Assembly: GCA_026770705.1 (NCBI GenBank)
Contig: JANJGN010000052.1
Location: 744,001 to 808,000, forward strand
Length of the DNA stretch: 64,000 nt
Origin: Isurus oxyrinchus
Lineage: Eukaryota
Reading direction: 5' to 3'
The notes beneath the pieces are model-generated. The model was given only the letters and a program-made list of their open reading frames with translations, searched no databases and was not told the origin of the DNA. Position numbers and translations under genes: made by a program. Shown here in pieces: positions 24,971 to 37,640 of the stretch (positions are counted from its first letter, which is position 1; every line of letters begins with the position of its first letter).

Positions 24971-26648
24971 GTGAGTGTACACAGACTTCAACATCTCTCT
25001 CAGATTCGAACACGACACAAACAACCTCAAACATACACATCTAAGTAGACACATGCAGACACACATATATGACCACACAGAAAGACACACTCACACACAA
25101 ACACACTAACACACACTCCCCTGTGGGCTACCTGACCTCCCTCAGTACTGCCCTGGAGAGTTGGCCTGAATTCTGGGATTTGTGTTCCCATTCATATTTA
25201 TGCAAGAATATGGAAATTACAAAGTCTATTACAGACAGTCAGATGCATAGAGACACTCACAGATACTCTCTGCCTCTCCAACTCTCTCTCTCCCTTTAAG
25301 AAGCTTCCTGAAAGCTCACCCTTCGAACAATCACCGGTCCCAAATCCTCCTTATCTGATTTGTGTGATTTTCTTTGTGTATTTGAGAGTAAGAGAGAGGT
25401 GGAGAGGTTTAGGAGGAGAATTCCTGTTGGTGAAAAGCTTACATCATGTTCTCACCTTTCCAGTGCCCATATTTCACATGATGTCCAATGTCCTTGTTCA
25501 TAATGGGAATTGCCTATGTAAACATCACGCTGTAGTTACAGTCTCCTACCAGTGGTGGCATTGTAGCACTTAATCCTTGTGTTTCCCAGCTTTTCAAGCA
25601 ACTCCACTTCCCAGTTTGCTCCACAAGCTGTGAGTTCATTGGAATTCAATTATTTCTCAAACGGTAGATTTGATGTCATTTTATTGAAAACTTCCTCAGT
25701 GCCTCCCTGAAGGGTTTACACTCTCTGGGAAGCAGGAATAGGCTGGATGTTGGGGAGTTCATCTTTTCCCAGAGAGTAGGGATCCTCGGGAATGTGCTGT
25801 CAGTGGGTGTGGTGGTTGCTGATTCTCTGTCGCCTTCAAGAGGGATCTGGAGTCGTTACTGACTGGGGGAGAGATCATGGAAACGGAGAATGATACAGCA
25901 CAGGAGGAGGCCATTCAGCCCATTGAGACTGTGCCAGGTCTTTCAATGTGCTATCCAATCAGATCCACTAACCACCACTCCACTTTGCCCCCATCTTCCT
26001 CCTTTAAGTATTTATCCAATTTCCCTTTTGAAAGTTCCTATTGAATCTGCTTCCACCGCCCTTTCAGGCAGCACCTTCCAGATCACAACAACTCGCTCTG
26101 TCAAAACAAATTCTCCTCATCTCCCCCTCCGGTTCGTCAATCTGTGTCCCTCTGGTTACCGAGCCTCCTGCCCCTTAAGTACATTGATACTGTTCACCTC
26201 AACCACTCCCTGTGGGAGCGAGTTCCACATTCTCCCCTCTCTCTGGGTAAAGATTGGAACTGTTTATTAAGCGGGGGGTGTAAGTCCTTGGGGGAGTCCA
26301 TCTCGATCCTGCCCGATTCGCACACGCGTTCGAGATGGATTTCCACCCTGCACAAAACGTTTCCAGAATTTTCTACAGCACAATCCTGTACACAGCGATT
26401 GGGAGAAACATTGGACAGGGAGTCCAACAGCACAATGATCCATTCTCACCAATGTTCCACGCTAAGGGGAAAGTTCCGATTGTCCACTCTTAGAGTGTTT
26501 ACAATGAAAACATTCATTCCACATTGAATCCCAGTGGATGGGTCAATATTACAGCAAATGTTGCAGTGATATGAAGCTTGATTGTTCAGCCAGAGTAAGA
26601 GATTGAAAGCGGAGAGTCAGTGATGATTTCTTTCTGTGTGTTCTCTAG

Positions 26649-26788
26649 ACAGTGGAGGAGAGATTCTGCACGTGATCCTGATCCTGGGAATACGAGCTGT
26701 GATATTCCTTGTGGCTGTGGTTATCACTATCGCTGGAGTCTGTGTCTGGGAGAGACAAACAGTGAAAGGAAGTCGACAGACTGTTTGA
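26649..26788 (+). CDS. TM + short cytoplasmic terminal exon with intramembrane Arg (activating-type receptor)
   Basis: ttctctag acceptor, phase 1; SGGEILHVILILGIRAVIFLVAVVITIAGVCVWERQTVKGSRQTV*. Arg codon 26693-26695; no Tyr motif in tail. Confidence 0.85.
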
Positions 26789-26899
26789 AGCTTTGTACAG
26801 CAACATGCTGGTCAGTCAGTGCGGACAAATAACGTGTGATGTTGTGTTAAGTTGTAATGAAACTGGTCAGTGTCCTGGTTAGAATCACCTTCGTATCAG

Positions 26900-27510
26900 A
26901 GAGGCATTCCAGCACAGTGGGAGCCCATTCAGCCCATTGAGTCCATGCTGTCTCTCTGTAGAGCAATACAGTCAGTCCCATTTCCCCCGCTCTATCCCCG
27001 TATCCCTGCAAGTTTATTTCCCCTCAAGTGTCCAACCAATTTCCTTTTGAAATCATTCGTCTCCGCTTCCACCATCCTCGTAGGCAGCGAGTTCCAGCTC
27101 ATTACCACTCGCTGTGTAAAAAAGTTACTCCTCACATCCCCCCTCTGCCCAAAACCTTCAATCTGTGTCCCCCAGTCCTTGTCCCATCAGCTAATGGCAA
27201 CAGCTTCTCTTTGTCTGCCTTATCTAAACCCATCATCATCTTGTACACCTCGATCAGATCCCCCCTCAATCTCCTTTGCTCCAAGGAGAACAACCCCAGC
27301 TTCTCCAACCCAACCTTGTAGCTAAAATCCCTCATCCCTGGACCCATTCTGCTCAATCTCCTCCCCACCCTCTCAAGGACCCTCACTTCCTTCCCAAAGT
27401 GAGGAGACCAGAACTGGACACAATACTCTAGTTGTGACCTAACCAGAGCTTTATAAATGATCAGCATAACCTCCCTGTGTTTGTTCTCAATCCCTCGATT
27501 TATGAAAAGC
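26900..27510 (-). mobile_element. CR1 LINE 3' fragment downstream of TM exon
   Basis: YKALVRSQLEYCVQFWSPH...LFSLEQRRLRGDLIEVYK. Confidence 0.88.
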
Positions 27511-28204
27511 TTATTCTTTCCATCAGCACAAACAGCAATTTCCAAGCGGACTCCCATCAGCAGACAGAGTGCAATGAAACATCGGCATGCCTGCTTCTTC
27601 ATGTACGGAGAGAAACCTGGAACGAGAGATTCTCCTTCTTCTCCTCAGCAAGCTGAAACTTTTCCTTATACCTGGTGCTCCCCAGTCCTGCTGTGTGGAC
27701 ACATCATAACCACGGCATTGTCTGGCTGTGTGCAGCCAACATGGTCGAATAGGAATGAACAGAAATGTGACGTTGCTAAACTCTGTTCTCTGATTGGAAT
27801 GTGCTTTCTGAATGCTGCACCTTTTTCATGCTGCAATAGATTGTAAGAAGCATTTGGGTTATGAATAAAATTACATTGATTAACACAAGTGATTAAAATG
27901 CTCAGGCTGTTCTGTAGATATTTAAAGATTAAAATTCTTGTTTTGCTGCAAAATACTTGGTTCAAAGACATTACTTCATATTGTCATGTTTTCCAATCAG
28001 ATGAATTCCTCTGTCCATCTTTATAATAGAAATTTCCAATGTAAACATGTCACATTGTAGCTGCACACACTTGCCAGTGGCTGGTGTGATATCAAAGCTG
28101 TCTTGCTGTCGAGAAACAGCGAGAAATATTCCTGTTGTGTGCATGAACTTCATGTTAGCATGAGACACAGGCATCAGATACAATTTTGTGCAATTTGTTC
28201 TTTA

Positions 28205-28592
28205 GACAGCGGAGCACTCCCTCAGTACTGACCCTCCAACAGTGCAGCACTCCCTCAGTTCAGACCCTCCTACAGTGCAGCACTCCCTCAGATCAGACCC
28301 TCCGACTGTGCAGCACTCCCTCAGTTCAAACCCTCCGACAGTGCAGCACTCCCTCAGTTCAGACCCTCCGACTGTGCAGCACTCCCTCAGTTCAAACCCT
28401 CAGACAGTGCAGCACTCCCTCAGTTCAGAACCTCCGACAGTGCAGCACTCTCTCAGTTCAGACCCTCCGATAGTGCAGCCCTCCCTCATTTCAGACCCTC
28501 CGACAGTGCAGCACTCCCTGAGTTCAGACCCTCCGACAGTGCAGCACTCCCTCAGTACTGAACCTCCGACAGTGCCGCACTACCTCAGTACT
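28205..28592 (+). repeat. 33-bp minisatellite (cagtgcagcactccctcagtactgaccctccga); also 35300-35632, 37650-37925, 49340-49570, 51268-51368, 60620-60866, 62880-63185
   Basis: Tandem units, often embedded in SINE bodies. Confidence 0.92.
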
Positions 28593-30089
28593 TCTCTGCC
28601 GATGCTGCCAGACCTGCTGAGTTTTTCCAGGTATTTCTGTTTCTGTTTCTGTTTTGAATTTCCAGCATCTGCAGTTTTTTTGCTTTTAGTGCTGGGCAGT
28701 TCCTCAGCAAGGATTCGGGCCACAAAACATTGCGAGTGCTGTGGGTCTGCGCCACGATTTAGAGAGCTGTGCTTGGCATGCCTATTCTAGTCCCAGTCCA
28801 GTGTGGTGGGGAGAGCCTGGCAGTCCTGGGTTGGTGGTGCCCAGCATGGTGTGAGTGACGTGGTCAGTCCCTCACACACGTACATCCTGGGGGTGGGTGG
28901 CTTGATACTAGGCCGCAGGTGGCACAATCCCAGTCAGGGGAGGCATCTGCAGCCTGTCAGTGGGGAGCAGGTAATATAGAGAGTAGGGGTGGGGGTGGGA
29001 ATCGAGGGGGGCCGGTGGTCTCTGTAAGTCACAGTACAATGGGCCTCTAGTTGGAGAGAGGTCAGGTCTACATGGGGCATTGGGATGTCAACATCAGACA
29101 GTCTAGGGAGGAGGACTGGGATGTCAACCCCCAACACAATAAGATCAAGGATTAGAGAGGAAGGGAGGAGACTGATTGGAAGGAGGGGAATGTGCACATT
29201 ATGCTCCTCCAGCACGATGGGAGGGACTGTGATGGTTACAGGGGTGGGGGGGGGTGACGTGTGAGGGGATAGACGCTTACCTGGTGGTATTGCCTCAGCC
29301 TCACCCTTTTTCAAGCTGATCCAATGTCGCAGTTGAAGAATAAGCTACAAAACAAATTGGCAGGGGAGGTCTCCCAGGGCCTGTGGGAGACATCACCCAC
29401 TGCATCTTCGGCCTGTTTGAAGGGGCACCCGAACAATTCCGGCTTTTCCAAATGATGAGGAAGACACAGCTGCACCCCGAGTCCCCTACTGGGGATCCAG
29501 AAGGTTGCAATAGCGCTGCGAGGGACTCATGGGTTCCACAGTGACTCCCTAATTAGCGACTGGAAGGTTTATGTTCATTTATCTTTATTATCCGTTCATA
29601 TTGAGCAATGGAGCTCCTGATTTGTCACCTTTCTGTACCTCGTCCAATGCTTCTGTTATCAGGACTTCCACATCGATGTGAAAGAGCCATGATGATAGCA
29701 GACAGTCGCACAATGGGAATGGCACTAGGCCAGTGATCCAGAGGCCCAGGTGAATGCTTTGAAGGCACGGGTTCAAATCCCACCACGGCAGCTGGAGGAA
29801 TTTCAATTCGATTAATCAATAAATTTAATTGATTGATACATTTTTTTCTTATTCATTTCAGGGATGTTGGTGTCGCTGACTAGGCCAGTATTTGTTGCCC
29901 ATCCCCATTTGCCTTTGAGAACATCTGGATATCTGAGTTAGGATCAGGAGTAGGTCACTCAGCCCCTCGAACCTGCTCCGCCATTCAGTAAGATCATGGC
30001 TGATCTGATTGTCACCTCAACCTCACATTCCTGCCTACCCCCAATGACCTTTCACCCCATTGTTAATCAAGAATCTATCTAGCTCTGTG

Positions 30090-32050
30090 GAAGGGGAGCC
30101 AATCAATCGGGCTGCTTTGTCCTGGATGGTTTCGAGCTTCTTGAGTGTTGTTGGAGCTGTGCTCATCCAGGCATGTGGAGAGTATTCCATCACACTCCTG
30201 ACTTGTGCGTTGTAGATGGTGGACAGGCTTTGGGGAGTCAGGAGGTGAGTTACTGTCTGCAGGGTTCCCAGCCTCTGACCTGCTCTTGCAGCCACAGTGT
30301 TTATATGGCTGGTCCAGTTCAGTTTCTGCTCAATGGTAACTCCCAGGATGTTGATATTGGGGGATTCATTGATGGTAATGCCATTGAATGCCAAGGGGCG
30401 ATGGTTATGAATGGTCTGTGGGATATTCTGTTACAAAATTTCAACACTCGGACTCCAGATGCAATATTCAAGTGGTTCCTTTATTAGGCATGTGGGGAGC
30501 AAACGCTGGGCAGTACAGGCGCTTCTCCACCGAGGTTCAAATGAGCACAGTTTATATATTTTTTACTCTCAGTTACAAGGTAATGGTATTAGTTAGACAA
30601 AGGCCACAGCACAATGACCCTCCGGTGGGCTGATAATTGTGTTCTTGTTCAGTAATTACAGGGCAGAGACTGGCTATTGTCCTTTTGAGACAGCAAAGAA
30701 TCTATGTTTGTTCGATACAAAAGGTTACCGGAGGCTGACTGGATGTGGTTCAAGGCCATCGGACGGTGTGAAATAACCTTCCCCATTTCTTGATTGAGTC
30801 ACCCTGTGTCCTTGTGTGTGTGTCTCCCATTTCCTCATTGCAAATTTACAGCTGAGCCCTTTGTACAGGTTTTTAGCTTTCACGTAAGGATGTGATTGTC
30901 TGTGTACGCTTTGTCACCCTAGCTGCTGGTCCTGACTGGCTCTTTAAAATAAATCCAAATTTTCTGCGCCTTCAGTTAAATTCTCTCTTGTTGGAGCTGG
31001 TCATTGCCTGGTACTTGTGTGGCATGAATGTTACTTGTCACCTGTCAGCCCAAGCCTGGATGTTGTCCAGGTCTTGCTGCATTTGGACATAACTTGCTTC
31101 AGTATCTGAGGAGTCGTGAATGATGCTGAACATTGTGCAAACATCAGCAAACATCCCCACTTCTGACCTTATGATGGAAGGAAGGTCATTGATGAAGCAG
31201 CTGAAGATAGTTGAGCCTCGGACACTACCCTGAGTAACTCCTGCAGTGATGTCCTGGAACTGAGATGATTGACCCCCAACAATCACAACCATCGTCCTTT
31301 GTGCTGGGTATGACTCCAAGCAGCGGAGAGTTTTCCCCCGATTCCCATTGACTCCAGTTTTGCTCGGGCTCCTTGATTTGCCACACTCAGTCAAATGCTG
31401 CCTTGATGTCAAGGGCAGTCACTCTCACCTCACCTCTGGAGTTCAGCTCATTTGTGCATGTTTGAACCAAGGCTGTAATGAGGCCAGGAGCTGAATGATC
31501 CTGGTGGAACACAAACTGAGCGTCAGTGAGCAGGTTCTTGGTAAGCAGGTGCTGCTTGCAAGCGCTGTTGATGACCCCTTCCATCACTTTAGTAATGATC
31601 AAGAATAGACTGCTGGGGAATTGGCTGGGTTGGATTTGTCCTGCTTTTTGTGTACAGGACGTACCCCATAGACAGGTAGTTGCCAGTGTTGCAGCTGTAC
31701 TAGAAAATTCCAGAAAAGCTTGGCTAGGGGCGCAGCAAGTTCTGGAGCACAAGTCTTCAGTACTATTGCCAGAATATTGTCAGGGTCTGGAGCCTTTGCA
31801 ATATCCAGTGCCTTCAGCCCTTTCTTGATATCACGTGGAATTAATCGAATTGGCTAAAGATTGGCATCTGTGATGCTGGGGACCTCCGGAGGAGGCCGAG
31901 ATGGATCACCCACTCAGCACTTCTGGCTGAAGATTGTTGCGCATGCTTCAGTCTTGTCTTTTGCACCGATGTGCTGGGCTCCTCCATCATTGAGGATGGG
32001 GATATTTGTGGAGCCTCCTCCTCCAGTGAGTTGTTTAATTGTCCACGACT
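30090..32050 (-). mobile_element. CR1-clade LINE RT, interrupted by unrelated sequence at ~30410-30980
   Basis: VALDIKAAFD, GVTQGSV.GSTIFSCFINDLP, MFADV, ILGVTIEQKLNW. Confidence 0.85.
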
Positions 32051-33904
32051 GGATGTGACATCTGGAATGCGAAGCTAGTCTCAGTAATGGTGACCATGAA
32101 ACTAACGCCAATTGTTGCAAAAACCCATCTGGGTCACTAATGCCCTTTGGGGAAGGAAACCTGCCGTCCTTACCCATTCTGGCCTACGTGTGACTCCTGA
32201 CCCACAGAAATGTGGTTGACTCTTAACTGGCCCCTGAAATGGCCGAGCAAGCCACTGAGTTATATCAAAACCCGCCACAGACCAGTCAAACCAGGTGAAC
32301 TGCAGCACTTCGAAAAGGCAGCTCAGCACCCCCTTCTCAAGGGGTCAGTCAGGAACAGGTAACAAACGCTGTCCACATCCCGTGAAAGAATTTTGGTAAA
32401 AAGGTAGCCGTGTATCACCACCCACGGCCAGCGCCAACCCCCCCACCCCTACCTGATTGCACCAGTTTCAGATTACACCAGGTCAATGAACGGATAGAAA
32501 CTCAAACCAATGAGATGAGCACAGAGAAGGATCAAGCCAGAGAGAGTTGGTGGGAAGAATTGGGAAAGCAACAAAAAAGGCAGAGCGGACACTAACACTA
32601 TAACAAAGTAAAGACCAGAGGAGGAAGGAAGCAAGTGCGAAGAGGAATTGAGAGTAGAGCTGGTAGGCTGCTTGTCAAAGCCATGAAACATCCATAGGTC
32701 ACACGCACTGTGCGTTTGGGGAGGGAGTTACATGATTTTGACCCACGATCATCAAGTTTTGCACTGGCAGAGCCGTTAAAGAAAAGGGACCTTCACTACC
32801 CGTGTCCCCTGCCCAACAAAGCTGTTAACATGCCGAGTCCACCTGTACAGGCAACCACTAGACAGTTGACTACAAAGGCCATTGCAGCTACTGAATATGA
32901 CTTCCAGTTTCAAAACCTTCATGAATACAAGGATGGGGGATTCAGCAGGAATATTCCTGCACACCCTGTGGCAGATCCTGTAAATAAAAGGGACATTCAC
33001 TCACTCCTCAAAGCTGCTGACCTGCTGATTCACATCTACAGGCAACCTCCAAACAGTCGACTAGAGAAGACAATGCAGCTGCTGAATGTGACTCCTAGTT
33101 TCAAACCCTTCACTCTGGAAAGAAGGAATCCAGAGCAATGGGCCTCACTATAATACTTGACAGAAACTGATTTTAACTCTCATCTCTAAGTATTATTTTT
33201 CCTTTGCTTACATTTTAATCCCTGCACCTGATGGCTTTATTGCTTCAACTTAAATAACTTTCAGCAGGAGCCAGGTTCAAATTGAATGGACAAGCAGGCT
33301 TGGGGGGCCAAAAGGCCTACTCCTGCTTCTGTTTATTTATGTTGGTGTTGTTATGTAGTGGAACTAGAGAGGTTATAGCAGTTATGAGAGCATTAAGCAA
33401 ACAGCAGCAAGAATTGAACACCTACGTTGTGGTTTATGAAAAGCTTTTCTACCTGGTCAACTGGTAAAATCTGTTGAAAGTGGGCTATCATGGCGTGTGC
33501 CCTTTGTGAGATATTTGTAACAACATTCTCGATGTCGGAACAGTTTGCATTGAACAAAGCTGATCTTTACCCAGAACTTCAGAGGAAGGGGGGACAATTG
33601 TTCCCTGGTGTGGGGGGCATGGTGGGGGGGGAGGGTGAGGGGGAGACAAGTAGCCTGAAATACCAAGCCAGACACTTTGTGAAGACAGAAGTTGTTTATT
33701 CATTTTTTTTTACAAATCATAATCTTTACAATTAAAGTCCCGACAAGATAATGGTGAATCATGAACACATTGTCGGGGTGAATCTGTGCCCGGGAGCATA
33801 AAGCAGCAAAATCAGCAGCCCGCTTTACATCTCTCTGAATTTTAACTATCATTAACCCCAGTAACATCCATTCAAATGACTTAGTCATAAGATTCCTCAC
33901 ACAT

Positions 33905-34375
33905 TCACTTGCACACTCACACACCCACACCCACACAGACACACTGACACACTCACTCATTCACATTGACACACACTGACACAGTCACACACACCCACAC
34001 AGACACACTGACACACTCACTCATTCACATTGACACACACTGACACAGTCACACACACCCACACAGACACACTGACACACTCACTCATTCACATTGACAC
34101 ACACTGACACAGTCACACACACCCACACAGACACACTGACACACTCACTCATTCACATTGACACACACTGACACAGTCACACACACCCACACAGACACAC
34201 TGACACACTCACTCATTCACATTGACACACACTGACACAGTCACACACACCCACACAGACACACTGACACACTCACTCATTCACATTGACACACACTGAC
34301 AGTCACACACACCCACACAGACACACTGACACACTCACTCATTCACATTGACACACACATATTGACAGTCACACA
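33905..34375 (+). repeat. 64-bp CA-rich tandem repeat, ~7 near-perfect copies
   Basis: Period 64 (33961, 34025, 34089...). Confidence 0.92.
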
Positions 34376-34719
34376 CACACACACACACGCTCATAAAGAC
34401 AGACACAAACACAGTCACGTGAGGTGAATAGTGTCGATGTATTTAAGGGGAAGCTGGATAAACACACGAGGGAGAAATGAATAGAAGGATATGGTGATGG
34501 GGTGAGATGGAGAAGGGGTGGGCGGAGACTCGTGTGGAGCAGAAACTCCAGCATGGAACAGATGGGCCGAATGGCTCCTTTCCCTGCTGTAAAACGCAGG
34601 TAAAGTTTCAGTTGGAATTAATGAACAGGGCCTGTGTGAAATAGATTGCTAAGCAGTAGATAAGGAGGGGAGAGGCTGTGGCATGGTGCAGGAGGACCTT
34701 GCGTGAATGAGGCCAGGGT

Positions 34720-34836
34720 CTAATATCTACAGCAGAGACCACAAGTCTCATTTGATTCTCTCCAATTACAGCAGTGACAGCAGAATCTGCAGAGCTGCTG
34801 TCTGCTCATTCTGTTCTGGTGCTGCAGCAAGGAGCC
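34720..34836 (-). CDS. hamp: Hepcidin copy L exon 3 (mature 8-Cys peptide)
   Basis: cttttccag|GSLLQHQNRMSRQQLCRFCCHCCNWRESNETCGLCCRY*; hepcidin pattern CxxCCxCC...CGxCC. Confidence 0.92.
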   Translation of the reverse strand, partial: GSLLQHQNRMSRQQLCRFCCHCCNWRESNETCGLCCRY

Positions 34837-37179
34837 CTGGAAAAGCAGGAGCACAATAGGTGAGAACATTCCGGAAAGAAAGAAGGCATCATTTCAATCA
34901 GGCGCGTCATTGGAAGGAGGATGGCGCATTTCTATAGCGCCTTTCCCCTCCTCAGGATGGCCCAAAGTGTTCAACAGCTGAAGGAAGGACTTTTTCTGAA
35001 GTGGGCTCACCGCTGTAATGTAGGAAACGCAGCAGGCAATTCACGCACAGCAAGATCCCACAAACAGAAATGTGATAATGGCCCCGATTTTCAGTTTTTT
35101 ACCAATGTCAGTTGAGGGATAAATGTTTGCCCCAGGAAAGCGGACATAACTCCACCCATCCAGCCCCCACCACCCCCTCCACACATACCCCCCAACTCCT
35201 GACGCACTTCATTTAAATTGTGGCCATGGAATCCTCTATATCCACCTGAGAGGGCAGATTGGTTGCCCCAGTTTAATGTCTCATCTGAAAGACAGCGCCT
35301 TCAACAGTGCAGCACCCCCTCAGTACTGACCCTCCGACTGTGCAGCACTCCCTCAGTACTGACTCTGACAATGCAGCACATCCTCAGTACTGACCCTCCA
35401 ACAGTGCAGCACTCCCTCAAGACTGACCCTCTGACAATGCAACACTCCCTCAGTACTGACCCTCCGACTGTGCATCCCCCCGCCGGTACTGACCCTTCGA
35501 CAGTGCAACACTCCCTCAAGACTGACCCTCTGACAATGCAGCACTCCCTCAGTACTAACCCTCTGACAATGCAGCACTCCCTCAGTACTGACCCTCTGAC
35601 AATGCAGCACACCCTCAATACTGACCCTCCGATAGCTCGGTCATTCCTCAATTACGCCTGGTGGTCCTTTTAACTCAGAGCTGAGAGTCGCAGAGAATCG
35701 AGCAGACACCCTGAACTGACACTTGCAGTGCAAGTACTGGGAGCGCGCTGGTCATTATCATGCTGCTGTCTGTGGGATCTTACTGTGCGCCAATGGCTGA
35801 TTCTTTTCCCACATTACATCAGTGACCTCACATGAAAGAAAAAAGCACTTGATTGTCTGCGAAACACTTTGGGACGTCCTGATGTGTTGGAAGGCGCTAG
35901 AGAAATGCAAGTCCTCTTTGTCTTTCACTCGATCCTCTAAGGTGTCTGTTGATTAACCAGCCTCTCGGTGTTTGATGTAGGCCTGGTTATAAACAGTTAG
36001 AAGGATCAAATATCAAAAATGCTTTGGCTGACAGTCAAACCGATTGTGCATTCGGAGAGATGAGATACGGTCTGCGCACAATGACTCCAGTCTCTGGCAC
36101 TGACTGCCGCCTGGGATCTCCCTTCCACATAACACTCACAACTTGCATTTACACAGCGCCTCTGGCATTGCAAAATGTCCCAGCCCACATTACTGGAGCG
36201 TAAATCAGAGAGAAGTCTAACACTGAGTCACATATGGAGATATTAGGGTTAGGTGACCAAAAGCTTGGTCAAAGATGTCAGTTTTTAAGGAGCGTCTTAA
36301 AGGAGAGAGAGAGAGAGAGGCAGAGAGGTTAAGGGAGGGTATTCCGGAGCTCAGGGCCCCAGGCAGCTGAAGGCACGGCCACCAATGGTGGAGCGATGGG
36401 AATCAGGGGGACCCGGGAGATGCAGTAATGTCAGAGATTTTGGAGGAACATCGGGACCGGAGGAGGTGTTCTCCTGCTCCATATCTCTCTCTCTCTTCCT
36501 CTCTTCCACTCCTCCTCTCCCTGTCTCTCTCTCTCCTACTCTTCCGCTCAATTGCCCTCTCTCCCAATCTTTCTCTCCTCTCTCCCTTTTCCTGTCTCTC
36601 TCCCTCTCTCTCTCCCTGTCTCATTCTCCCACTCTGTATCTCTCCCTCTCTCTCACACTATTTTTGTACCTTTCGCTCACTCTGTAACTCTCCCTTTCCT
36701 GTTAATTTCTCTCTCTTGGACAATCTCTCTTCCCTTTTCACTTTCCCTCACTCTGCATCTCTTCTTTAATTTCTCCCTCTGTCACTCTCTCCCACCTATG
36801 TTCTTTCCCTTTCACCCCTCCCCGTCCCACTCTCTGTCTCTCTCTTCCAATCCCTCCCTCCCTCATTCCATCCCTCTCTCCGACTCTCGACTCCCAGCCT
36901 CTCTTTAACCCACTCCCAGGCTGGATCAGTCTCCCTCTCACTATTCCCGGCGTGGGTTACATTTAAAATTCCTGTGGGGATATGTTCACTTCCTTGGAAT
37001 TGCCTCTTCCCAGCTTTGCAAAAAAGTTGGGCGGGGGCGGGGGGGGGGCTCGATTTCAAACATGCCTCCTGAGTATAACCGAGACAGACTGCCACTGAAA
37101 TCAGCTTGAAATCAGAAAACTTTCTGTGGAAGAAACGAGCAGGGAGAAACCTTAAAATAAGGAATGAATTTCCACCTAC

Positions 37180-37236
37180 CGTGTCCGGGGAATCCACAGA
37201 TTTCTCAATCGTCGAAGAACCTAAAGCAGTGTCAAC
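37180..37236 (-). CDS. hamp: Hepcidin copy L exon 2 (prodomain)
   Basis: tttctttttgcag|VDTALGSSTIEKSVDSPDT|gtaggt, 57 nt, phase 0-0. Confidence 0.8.
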
Positions 37237-37339
37237 CTGCAAAAAGAAAGAATTTATCAGGGAGAAAGTGAGAGGAGGATTGAGGGAGAGGGAGAGAGAG
37301 AGAGAGAGGTACAGGAGATACAGGGGGAGGAGGACAGAC

Positions 37340-37640
37340 TTGCATTTCTCTAACGCCTTTCACCACATCCCAAAGCATTTCACAGCCACTGAAGGATGTT
37401 TTTGAAGTGCACTCACACTGTAGGAAATGTGGCAGCTGATTTGTGCACAGCAAGATCCCACAAATAGCAATGTGATCATGGCCTAGATCATCTGTTTTTG
37501 GTGATGTTGGGTGAGGGATAAATATTGGTCCCAGGACACCGGGGAGAACACCCCCTGCTCTTCCTCCAAATAGTGGCTGTGGGATCTTTCACACCCGCCC
37601 GAGAGGGCAGACGGGGGACTCGGTTTAATGTCTCATTCAA
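37340..37640 (-). mobile_element. Deu-domain-type SINE (similar copies ~9200, 34930-35300, 50600-50860, 60880-61180, 63185-63560)
   Basis: gagacattaaaccgagtcccccgtctgccctctc...aagatcccacagccactatttgga core, recalled as SacSINE1/AmnSINE-like. Confidence 0.65.
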
